IMG/VR virus record: IMGVR_UViG_3300009183_004565
DNA from: a virus
Taxonomy: Duplodnaviria; Caudoviricetes
Strand: one strand, 5' to 3'
DNA: 64,000 bases
The translations under genes and the position numbers were made by a program. The notes below the pieces were generated by a model. The model was given only the letters and a program-made list of their open reading frames with translations. It made no database searches and was not told the DNA's origin. Positions 56,036 through 64,000 of this stretch are shown piece after piece. Every line of letters starts with the position of its first letter. The stretch's first letter is position 1.

Positions 56036-56698
56036 TTAATTCCATTTTTGTATCCATTGATTGGATAATAAATTAAATTTACTTATATCTAAATTAACTT
56101 CGCCAATCTGATAGTTGCTAATTAACTGAAATAATTGTTGTGCTAACTGGTTATTGTTACTCCTACTAAGGTGATTTGGTCTTTTGTCGTTAACGAGACT
56201 GCCATCTTTAGATGCTATTTCATCTAAGCTGATTGCTGATAAACTCGGAGAGACTTTCATACCATTAAGCACATATTTTTGATTCTGGGGAAACGAAAAT
56301 AAATGTACAACTTTAATGTTATTCCATTGTTGATTTATTTCTTCAAACCATTTTAACTGCGCCCAACTTAAAAACATTTCGTTGTGTATATACTTATAAT
56401 ATAAACCAATTGCACGATTTAACTCATTGTTTGACTCTAAATTTGAAAAATTTACTTGATTAATTTCCTCATCAGTTGTCGGTATACGTTGTGCATTTGT
56501 ATGTACAAATACGATTATTTCACAGTTATCAATATGTTCCGGGGGCAATCTCTCTAAAAAACTTTTTACACTCCACCAAGAGCCTCCAGCTAAACCAAAA
56601 TTAATAAGATTCATGTCTAGTGACTTAGCCAGTAGTCTAGGCCAGAAATTTGGAGTAGTACAAAAACTATCACCAACTATAATTATATTTTTCAACAC
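56036..56698 (-). CDS. SGNH hydrolase-like protein
   Basis: IVGDSFC, GLAGGS, RPNHL. Confidence 0.6.
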   Translation of the reverse strand: MLKNIIIVGDSFCTTPNFWPRLLAKSLDMNLINFGLAGGSWWSVKSFLERLPPEHIDNCEIIVFVHTNAQRIPTTDEEINQVNFSNLESNNELNRAIGLYYKYIHNEMFLSWAQLKWFEEINQQWNNIKVVHLFSFPQNQKYVLNGMKVSPSLSAISLDEIASKDGSLVNDKRPNHLSRSNNNQLAQQLFQLISNYQIGEVNLDISKFNLLSNQWIQKWN

Positions 56699-56769
56699 TA
56701 AAACCTTTATTGTCTAATTTCTTTTAAAAGGCTGCTAGACTAGTAGTCCCATTATTAATATTTGAATGC

Positions 56770-58038
56770 TCATTGTTCTTCCAACCATGGAAATAAGCTA
56801 CGCCAATTGGTATTGCGTCTACGATCTATTTCATCTAAATAAATTTTTAATGTTTCGATCATATCATTGTTTGCTGGTGTAGTATCTACTTGTTTGTAAA
56901 TTCCCGTCATATGCTCATAGTTTTGATTTTGATAATCTGTGTCTCTTGGCATTAAATTTAAAATTTGTTCAAATTCGTTTTTGAATAATCCAGGAACAAA
57001 AATATCAGGCATCATGTACGGAGGAGCATTTGCTGTCATGAAACTGAAACTGATTTTTCTTTTAGGATCATTGTTCCATGATGCTAGTCTAATGGTATTC
57101 CATTCATTTATTTTGGCAATATATTCGGGCATTGTTTTAATGCTTAACGCATTAATTGCAGCATTTACACAAAGAACAATATCCTTGTCCAACAGATACT
57201 CCATGTTAGCAGTATACTCATTTAAATCTAATCCGTATCTAATATACTCTTGCTGTGGTCCCCAGCAATCCAAACTTCCGGTAATTTGCAATTCCTTAAT
57301 TTTTTTATCTTGTTTAAGTTTTATCATCTTATTGATAATATTTTTAAACTTATTAGGATTTACTTTTAAATTACTGATCAAAGTAAATCTCATATTAGGT
57401 GCTGGAAATTTTTCAAAAAAATCTAAACACATTTCTAATTCAGGCTGATGAAAAGGTTCGCCACCCAGTATATGTAGATCTTGTAGGCCATGACCATATT
57501 TTTCTAACCATTGAAAAAACTTTTCTCGCATTTGGTCATATTCTTTATTAAATCCTACTTGTTCAGTGGTCTTTAAAAGAATCTGCTTATTTTGAAAATT
57601 TCCAAATCTATTATTTTCTGCTTCCCACATAGAACTAAAATGCGGTCCGCAATATAAACAACTCATGTTACATGTATTAGAAAAATAAACTTCTAGTATT
57701 TTTGGAGTTACAACATTTGTACTATTATCTTCAAGAAGTTCATCCGGAACTTCGTAATGCATGCTAGACAATTGAAATTGTCTGTCGCTAACACCTCCTG
57801 CTTCTTCTATTTTTTGACAGTATTCGCATCCTGCTTTTGGCCATTCGCCTTGGCGCATCATCTCTCGAGTTGCAATTTTACGAGGAGTATTATGAAATGA
57901 ATCAAATGTGTCAACTGTAATTTTATCGTGATTGACTCTATGACAACTGCTAGTGGTTCCTATGTTTAAAAAAACGGTGGACCAAGTCCATTTTAAAAGA
58001 CACGCTGTATCTGATTTGATTGGGAATATTTGTTTCAA
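56770..58038 (-). CDS. radical SAM protein with twitch/SPASM-type Cys cluster
   Basis: ACLLKW...SCH...CEYC; CNMSCLYC; ILGGEP; LISN; GSLD. Confidence 0.9.
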   Translation of the reverse strand: MKQIFPIKSDTACLLKWTWSTVFLNIGTTSSCHRVNHDKITVDTFDSFHNTPRKIATREMMRQGEWPKAGCEYCQKIEEAGGVSDRQFQLSSMHYEVPDELLEDNSTNVVTPKILEVYFSNTCNMSCLYCGPHFSSMWEAENNRFGNFQNKQILLKTTEQVGFNKEYDQMREKFFQWLEKYGHGLQDLHILGGEPFHQPELEMCLDFFEKFPAPNMRFTLISNLKVNPNKFKNIINKMIKLKQDKKIKELQITGSLDCWGPQQEYIRYGLDLNEYTANMEYLLDKDIVLCVNAAINALSIKTMPEYIAKINEWNTIRLASWNNDPKRKISFSFMTANAPPYMMPDIFVPGLFKNEFEQILNLMPRDTDYQNQNYEHMTGIYKQVDTTPANNDMIETLKIYLDEIDRRRNTNWRSLFPWLEEQ

Positions 58039-59519
58039 CTTAATACCTTTACTTTATATAGTTGTTCAAATCTATCTGCGTCTACTCGGTCGTTGACCAT
58101 TGGCTCACCTCGAATATTTAAGCTAGTATTAAGTAACATAGGACAGTCAGTCATTACAAACCATTTCTCTAAGAGTTCTCTAATCCCTGAACCATCTCGT
58201 GGTACCGTTTGTACTCGGCTGGTCCCATCATAATGGCAGATAGCAGGAAACAAGTCAGGATACCAACAACGAGCAACTGACTGCATATAACGGCTAGTAG
58301 TCCACCCAGGGCTGAAATCAAAATACTGATCAGCCATCTCTTCCAATATGACCGGGGCAAAAGGTCTAAATTTTTGACGTCGTTTAATTTCATTTACACG
58401 ATCCTTTATGTCTGCACCGCGTGGATCTGCTAATAAACTACGATTGCCTAAGGCTCTTGGCCCAAATTCTGCACGACCGTTAGCAACACCAACAATGCCA
58501 TTAGCCAGTAGGCAATCAAGAAGGGCATTAACTGGATACTGCCCAGGTATATCATGCCCAAGATAAGCATTGCGCCAGTTGAGACGATGACCGTAGGCCA
58601 GTGCCGCAGCACCAAGGCTGCTACCAGCATCACCAGGATTAGGCATAATCCATATATGTTCAAAGTATTCTCCTAAGTTTCTATTTGCTAAACAGTTAAG
58701 GGCAACACCACCCATATAAACTAAATTTGTGCTCCATTTAAAATTTCTAGCACGACGCATTACATTATATACAAGAGTCTCTAATAGGTCTTGTGCTCCG
58801 GCGGCAATGTCTGTATTGTGTACGTATTCAAGATAATCAGACGGGATACCAGCATGGAAGTTTTCCTTGAATAAAATGTCAACTTCGTCATGTACAAATC
58901 TATGACTCATTAAATCACTAATGTCTCGTTTACCATATGCACTCATGCCCATTAAGATATATTCATCCTCATTGGGTTTAAGGCCGGCACGTTCGGTCAT
59001 TGCACTATACATTAACCCTATGCTATGTGGATATCGTTGTCCCCATAATTTTTTATAGTGTGCCTGACCTCTACTATCATATTCTGCACCGTATATACTA
59101 ATAGTGTCAGACTCGCCAATGGCATCTATTACTACCACTGTGGCACGATCATACGGACTGGTTTGAAAGCCAGCGGCAGCATGACTTAAATGATGGCCAA
59201 AGCTGACTATGTTCTTGGGTGTATTACGTAACCAAGGTCGTGTTTGATCATGAACAATTTGTTTTACGGTTAACTTGTTTAGTTCGATGCCTTCGCCAGA
59301 AACTAATCTACGTAATTGTTTACGCCAAGGGATTTCGTAATACGCAACGGTATCAAGTTCATACCCACATATTTCTTCCATTAGATCCGGAGAGATATCT
59401 GTATCGTTTTTTAATTTACTATAACGCTCACTATGTCCGGCAAACAGTATATCACCTCGACGATTAATTACACTAATCGCTGCGTCGTGAAAACCAGCCG
59501 AGATGCCTAATATGTTCAT
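58035..59519 (-). CDS. carbamoyltransferase (NodU/CmcH/TobZ family)
   Basis: HDAA, HSERYS, HHLSHAA, VIDAIGE, GGVALN, NPGDAG, EFGPRALGNRS, RPFAP, LNTSLN. Confidence 0.95.
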   Translation of the reverse strand: MNILGISAGFHDAAISVINRRGDILFAGHSERYSKLKNDTDISPDLMEEICGYELDTVAYYEIPWRKQLRRLVSGEGIELNKLTVKQIVHDQTRPWLRNTPKNIVSFGHHLSHAAAGFQTSPYDRATVVVIDAIGESDTISIYGAEYDSRGQAHYKKLWGQRYPHSIGLMYSAMTERAGLKPNEDEYILMGMSAYGKRDISDLMSHRFVHDEVDILFKENFHAGIPSDYLEYVHNTDIAAGAQDLLETLVYNVMRRARNFKWSTNLVYMGGVALNCLANRNLGEYFEHIWIMPNPGDAGSSLGAAALAYGHRLNWRNAYLGHDIPGQYPVNALLDCLLANGIVGVANGRAEFGPRALGNRSLLADPRGADIKDRVNEIKRRQKFRPFAPVILEEMADQYFDFSPGWTTSRYMQSVARCWYPDLFPAICHYDGTSRVQTVPRDGSGIRELLEKWFVMTDCPMLLNTSLNIRGEPMVNDRVDADRFEQLYKVKVLS

Positions 59520-60048
59520 TTATTTTTTCTGCTATTCGTTGATGTCCTAGTTCCAACGGATGACCACCAACACCCTTAGGACAGTCTCCCATCCATTCAA
59601 CTAGTCCTTCTTTGGGCCATCCTGGCCATGGTAAGTTTGTTTCCCCTTGTGCCCACGTTTGTATACCAAATGCACTAACAAAAAAATGCGGCACTAAGCG
59701 CATATACAAAAATTCATGCAGTAATTGAACTTGGGTTAAGAATTTCTTTTGAGCCCATTCTTCGTCCCAATCATGAAATACTTCATCAACTACTGCATTA
59801 CCGTACCGACGATTACTAGTTGGTGTTAGGTGTTTATTTGATATTTCAATCCTGTTAGGAGTTGTCCAGGCTACAATAACTTTTAATTGATAATTGCTAG
59901 TGTCATTGACATAATCTACTGTACTACGCAATATATAATCATTACTGGCTCCTGCAACTGCAATATTAACAGAATTCTGTATCAGACTTGGCCAGGCGAT
60001 AGGGCTTTCTTCGCCACTGGTAAAGCTACACCCGTTTACTAAAATCAT
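59473..60048 (-). CDS. SGNH hydrolase-like protein
   Basis: VNGCSFTSG, GASN..I.R, VAWT, GGHPLELGH. Confidence 0.7.
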   Translation of the reverse strand: MILVNGCSFTSGEESPIAWPSLIQNSVNIAVAGASNDYILRSTVDYVNDTSNYQLKVIVAWTTPNRIEISNKHLTPTSNRRYGNAVVDEVFHDWDEEWAQKKFLTQVQLLHEFLYMRLVPHFFVSAFGIQTWAQGETNLPWPGWPKEGLVEWMGDCPKGVGGHPLELGHQRIAEKINEHIRHLGWFSRRSD

Positions 60049-60146
60049 TTGTAAATAAATGGATCTCTTTTACGTAATTCACGTAGTTTACGTCGATACT
60101 TGATTTCTAGTTTAATTCTATTGTAAACGTTTCGTAACCAGTTCAT
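60045..60146 (-). CDS. 33-aa basic peptide missed by the ORF track
   Basis: Manual translation MNWLRNVYNRIKLEIKYRRKLRELRKRDPFIYK*; its stop overlaps the next ATG (ATGA) and it fills the only gap in the operon. Confidence 0.65.
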   Translation of the reverse strand: MNWLRNVYNRIKLEIKYRRKLRELRKRDPFIYK

Positions 60147-60666
60147 TGAATTTTCCTTTTATAAGGTCTGCTGCATCAGAATGGGCTTGTTCCAATGGAT
60201 GTTGTTGTATACCGCACTTGTACTTATTCTCCACAGCCCACTGGTAAAAACCTCTTGGACTTTCTGTTTGGTCCTCCCCTTGGCCCGGAGGAAAGAAAAA
60301 CCAGTTACGGTAATCTAAGTTATCTGTTACTACGCAATTATCTGCACATGTAAACAAATACGGAATATTGTGATACAACAAATATTCTTCTAAATTTTTA
60401 ATATGAAAATCACTGTCTAATGTATAATCTCTACTGGGCCAAGTCCAACACACAATAACAATGTCAACTTTGGACCAGGTCAAGTAATCACGTACACGTT
60501 GAGCTATTTCTCTATTACCCAGTCCAGGGTATGCTGCACACAAGTAATCGTCGGCCAACAATGCAGGAAAGGTTCGACGACTGTACCCATCAGGGCCGCC
60601 ATTGGGACTATCAGCAAGTTCACTACCCCATACAAAACTATCACCTCCAGCTAGAACTGTAGTCAT
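60118..60666 (-). CDS. SGNH hydrolase-like protein
   Basis: AGGDSFVWG, GLGN, VCWT, HPLEQAH. Confidence 0.7.
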   Translation of the reverse strand: MTTVLAGGDSFVWGSELADSPNGGPDGYSRRTFPALLADDYLCAAYPGLGNREIAQRVRDYLTWSKVDIVIVCWTWPSRDYTLDSDFHIKNLEEYLLYHNIPYLFTCADNCVVTDNLDYRNWFFFPPGQGEDQTESPRGFYQWAVENKYKCGIQQHPLEQAHSDAADLIKGKFNELVTKRLQ

Positions 60667-61765
60667 ATCCTGGCTTCATCATATCTATTTGCATCTGTTT
60701 ATAATTATTGTCCGACCAGCTATAATCAAATGTACTACTAACTCCATCTACTTCAATTTTATAGATATCCAAGTGACTGCTTAGTGTATTCCAAACATCT
60801 TGATAATCTGTTGTACCAAAACTTGATTGTAAATCTATTTGTCCAATTGGTAAATACCCGCAACTTAATTTTGGGTCGCGATAATCTCTACCGTTGTCTG
60901 TTAACCATTTTCTAAATTTATCTTGTTCAATGTTGTGCCACGGATGAGGGCCACCATACACAACATCATTTCCCCATTCAACATCAAATTCGCCGCTGTA
61001 ATATTTTAACTCAGTAATTGCTTCGCACACTGTCGCTGTTAGTGGAGGTGCATCTTCATCACGGAACACTTCGTATACTGTTTTTCCTATTTGTGTCCAA
61101 TGCATATATACTCCACCCAATACACGGTCATATCCATTAACAGAAAATAGTTTTCTATGTTCATCAGTTAATTCATATCGTTGAGCATTAATAAATGTTG
61201 TAATTTGACTAGGACGCACCCAGAACGGCAATGTTGCAGCTTTACGCTGACTTAGAATCAAGTTTTCCATTTCATGGCAGATATTGTTTAACTGCCGAAT
61301 AGCATACTTTGTTTCATAGTCTGCCTTGCGATAGTACTCACTTAAATCCCAAACTGTACCTTGTAGTATTTCAAAATGATTATGCAATTTATTTAAGACT
61401 TCATGATTGAGACCATTGTCTGCGTAATCAAATGCTACAACATTTTCTGTTGTATATACATCATCAATTTGATAATCCGTGAAAAAGTTATTGATAGTCG
61501 CTACGGCAGAATTTAATTCATTGCAAAGGTATTCTAGAGTTCTTGCTGTTTGCGGAAACCCCATAAAACAAAAATTCTTTTCTAGTAGATTTTTGTTAGT
61601 TAATAACACTTTTAACGCATCAATCCAATTTTTAGATAATTCGTTATTATGCGAGATTATATTATAATCAAATTGATCGTTATAATCCAATGGGTTGCGT
61701 AATACAACTTTAACTGATGGCGTTCCACCACTCATATACATCTGCTCTTTTTGAAAGTATTTCAT
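60641..61765 (-). CDS. hypothetical protein, paralogue 3 of the radical-SAM-adjacent His/Glu family
   Basis: LHNHFE, NNICHEME, TQIGKT..EVFRDED, FRKWL, DPKLSCGYLPIGQI; start uncertain (61765, 61741 or 61735). Confidence 0.7.
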   Translation of the reverse strand: MKYFQKEQMYMSGGTPSVKVVLRNPLDYNDQFDYNIISHNNELSKNWIDALKVLLTNKNLLEKNFCFMGFPQTARTLEYLCNELNSAVATINNFFTDYQIDDVYTTENVVAFDYADNGLNHEVLNKLHNHFEILQGTVWDLSEYYRKADYETKYAIRQLNNICHEMENLILSQRKAATLPFWVRPSQITTFINAQRYELTDEHRKLFSVNGYDRVLGGVYMHWTQIGKTVYEVFRDEDAPPLTATVCEAITELKYYSGEFDVEWGNDVVYGGPHPWHNIEQDKFRKWLTDNGRDYRDPKLSCGYLPIGQIDLQSSFGTTDYQDVWNTLSSHLDIYKIEVDGVSSTFDYSWSDNNYKQMQIDMMKPGYDYSSSWR

Positions 61766-63026
61766 CCATAGTAATAGATTGACTACGAATAGCTTCTAAT
61801 TGTAACACGCGAGCCTTACCTCGAGCAATACCTAAACGGTATGCTTCTTCACCATATTGCTCTTGAAAAGTAGGGCGTGTTTTAAGTTGAACTAGTATAT
61901 CCTTTAACGGGCCGAGGGGTGTGGTTGGGCCATCCAAAATTTCATCTACCCATACATTTAATATCTTTCTAGGTAGTACTAAAGGTGACATAACTATGTC
62001 CGGGCTAAAACTAAAGACAACTTTGGCTAGTATGTCTACGCCCAAATCGTTACCTAACTGCTGTATATTACCAACTTCAAACATACCCGGAAGGGTAAGT
62101 GTAAAGTCCAATCTCATTTGACGTCTGTTTGTAGCGAGGCCAACTCCTCTTTTAAAGTTTTCAAGCCATTCTGTATAGTTAAGGCCTGTTCGTATATACT
62201 CTCCAATTCTTTCTGTGCCATCGATGCTTGCACATATCTGCCAATCCCGTAACCTACAAAGTATATCACTGTACAAATCAATATTCCGATACCGTACGCG
62301 GCTAAGGTTTGTGTTATATCTTGCATAGACATTTGGTCCATCTCCTAGTTCAATTATACGCTGCATATACCGCCAATGTTGTTCGTACATTAACGGTTCT
62401 CCTCCCACCCAGTACACTTCTTCGATACGGTGGTCCTCTACTGCTGCTGCGAACTCGGCTTCAATTTGAGTTGTTTGGAATTTTTCAATTTGATGTTTGA
62501 TCTCGGGTTTCATCCAATTATTCTTTGGATCCGCCCAGTTGATCATGTTGTGTTGGCGTTGCTCACTTTCCCAAGCACTGCTTAACATGTCTCCACACAT
62601 GCGACATTTGAAGTTACAGAGATTACTGAATCTGTAATCCCACGATACTGGCTTCATTGTGGTATAGCCAGTTGCGTCTGTTTCTTCTACTATTTTATCA
62701 TACTTATGTCCGAATAATTGATTAAAATAACTGCGGTAAACGTCAGTGTTTAATAGTTTATCGTTACATACTTCACACTCAGATAATGTTTCACCGGCCA
62801 TCATGCGGCGGCGCACACTGCGCATACGATCACTGTTCCAGTGTTGTTCTAATGTAACGGGAATATATTTTCCAGTACCAGCACTGGTATCAATATACTG
62901 TTCAAAGTTTTGTGCAGGCTCACGACTGGCGCAGCATAGCCTACGTTCAGTTTGCGGACTTAGATACGTATGCGTCCACGGTGCCATGCATAATGTAGTA
63001 GGTTTAGTTGAATTCAAGTTTTTCAA
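61710..63026 (-). CDS. radical SAM protein with twitch/SPASM-type Cys cluster
   Basis: LCMAPW...LCC...CEVC; CNFKCRMC; YWVGGEPL; YNTN; ASIDG. Confidence 0.92.
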   Translation of the reverse strand: MKNLNSTKPTTLCMAPWTHTYLSPQTERRLCCASREPAQNFEQYIDTSAGTGKYIPVTLEQHWNSDRMRSVRRRMMAGETLSECEVCNDKLLNTDVYRSYFNQLFGHKYDKIVEETDATGYTTMKPVSWDYRFSNLCNFKCRMCGDMLSSAWESEQRQHNMINWADPKNNWMKPEIKHQIEKFQTTQIEAEFAAAVEDHRIEEVYWVGGEPLMYEQHWRYMQRIIELGDGPNVYARYNTNLSRVRYRNIDLYSDILCRLRDWQICASIDGTERIGEYIRTGLNYTEWLENFKRGVGLATNRRQMRLDFTLTLPGMFEVGNIQQLGNDLGVDILAKVVFSFSPDIVMSPLVLPRKILNVWVDEILDGPTTPLGPLKDILVQLKTRPTFQEQYGEEAYRLGIARGKARVLQLEAIRSQSITMDEILSKRADVYEWWNAIS

Positions 63027-63795
63027 ATTCTAAAATTGGTTGTTTTACGATATACATTAAGTCATCTAAATTTGTAACTTTTCCAATTACAGGATAGCCT
63101 GTGTATCTTAAGATTTTTTCTGGGCCATGTAGATGGTAAAAATTATTATCGTTCTTCTTAATATCGTCTAATAATTTTTGATGCTCTGTAAATTTTTTAA
63201 AATTATTAATGACAATATTGATCCCGGGTCTAATAACACTATGAAATTTACACGTCTGTGATATTTTTTGATAATCTTTTTCTAAATAAAGTTGCAACGG
63301 GCTTGCACCAACAAATGGATATTGTAGTTTAATATCACCAATTGTTGTTGAATCTTGAAATTTAAAAAAATCGTCGATTGGTATTGTATTATTGTTATAC
63401 CATTCAATTTGTAACCAATCTTGTCTTGTCACTAAGTGATTTCTTCCTTCATTTAGTAAATGCAAGCACTGATGAATTTCGTGTACCAATTCGTCGCAAT
63501 CTGCAGGTATACTATCAAACCCTTTTTCTAATAATACTTCAATGTCTTTATGTAACCTAGATGCAACTTCATGGTCGCCAGGTGTATAATCCCAATCCCA
63601 GCCAAGTTTATAGTTGGCTTCCTTAACTAAATCACTCATGTACTCAATGGTATATTTTGCTGGATCCCTAAAAATAGGCATTTGATTATTATAATTTTTG
63701 TAAAGTAAATTATAATAATTCTTGCCAGTTACAGAATCTTCTAATTCTACTGTTAGTGCAGGTAGATCCTTAAAAAAAATTTTAAAATCAAACAT
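63004..63795 (-). CDS. hypothetical protein, paralogue 4 of the radical-SAM-adjacent His/Glu family
   Basis: LHKDIE, LHLLNE, YPFVGASPLQLYLEKD, GYPVIGKV. Confidence 0.6.
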   Translation of the reverse strand: MFDFKIFFKDLPALTVELEDSVTGKNYYNLLYKNYNNQMPIFRDPAKYTIEYMSDLVKEANYKLGWDWDYTPGDHEVASRLHKDIEVLLEKGFDSIPADCDELVHEIHQCLHLLNEGRNHLVTRQDWLQIEWYNNNTIPIDDFFKFQDSTTIGDIKLQYPFVGASPLQLYLEKDYQKISQTCKFHSVIRPGINIVINNFKKFTEHQKLLDDIKKNDNNFYHLHGPEKILRYTGYPVIGKVTNLDDLMYIVKQPILEFEKLEFN

Positions 63796-64000
63796 AGCCC
63801 ATTGCCCGTGCTATTTCCGGATGCGTATTAATAAAGTTCTGTTTTCTGTATGCATCAGTCTGTTGCATCTTACGACAAAATTCTTTACCATCGCTTCCAG
63901 CGCCATTTTTAATAAAGTTTATTATATTATTAATTTCAAGTTGATAACGATTAGATGACCAGAAAGTAGTTGTTAATTTATCAAGCACCAATTCTTGTGC
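63788..64000 (-). CDS. C-terminal fragment of a probable radical SAM/twitch protein (5' end beyond window)
   Basis: ...F..KM..TD.YR.QNF...HPE terminus parallels the ends of the other twitch radical SAM proteins (LD.IR..NW/NF...). Confidence 0.5.
   Translation of the reverse strand, partial: AQELVLDKLTTTFWSSNRYQLEINNIINFIKNGAGSDGKEFCRKMQQTDAYRKQNFINTHPEIARAMGYV

Noticed and set aside
282-63958. Numerous 60-230 aa ORFs in the track that overlap called genes on the other strand or frame (e.g. 3028..3402, 13426..14115, 42876..43382, 56939..57448)
   Set aside because: Shadow ORFs of well-supported genes; no motifs, SD or coupling.
1-64000. CRISPR array, tRNA or rRNA genes
   Set aside because: No regularly spaced repeat-spacer units; intergenic gaps are short and none shows a cloverleaf or T-loop (GTTCRA) pattern.
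1-64000. Stop-codon reassignment as in some jumbo phages
   Set aside because: Long genes are intact in code 11, tiling is near complete, and TAG, TGA and TAA all act as stops (e.g. TAG at 9285 and 15618).

Overview
A 64-kb slice of a large, AT-rich, T4-like (probably jumbo) dsDNA phage genome, densely coding in standard code 11. No tRNA, rRNA or CRISPR array was seen. Left to right: (1) 1.2-7.2 kb, a late-promoter cluster whose N-termini resemble the T4 capsid-targeting signal and whose bodies are strings of short modules ending in [LIVMF]-x-E, i.e. candidate protease-processed internal head (poly)proteins; (2) Dps, a GC-rich structured RNA and a radical-SAM pair; (3) replication core (DsbA-like, family B polymerase, methyltransferase, clamp-like) followed by three tandem sulfotransferase-like genes; (4) a 7-deazaguanine DNA-modification cluster (DpdA-like transglycosylase, DpdL-like QueD paralogue, FolE, QueD, QueE, no QueC/QueF in the window) interleaved with a glycosyltransferase, GalE, a short PLP enzyme, a 2OG oxygenase and a PRTase, with a preQ1-I-like switchable RNA in front of queD; (5) GIY-YIG and HNH homing endonucleases, RNase H, and an early module with strong sigma70 promoters and a MoxR/VWA pair; (6) DHFR, ThyA, dCMP deaminase; (7) a glycan-tailoring region (epimerase, DegT, glycosyltransferases, carbamoyltransferase, SGNH proteins, APS kinase, radical-SAM enzymes). 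All calls come from motif recognition by eye; no database search or folding program was run.
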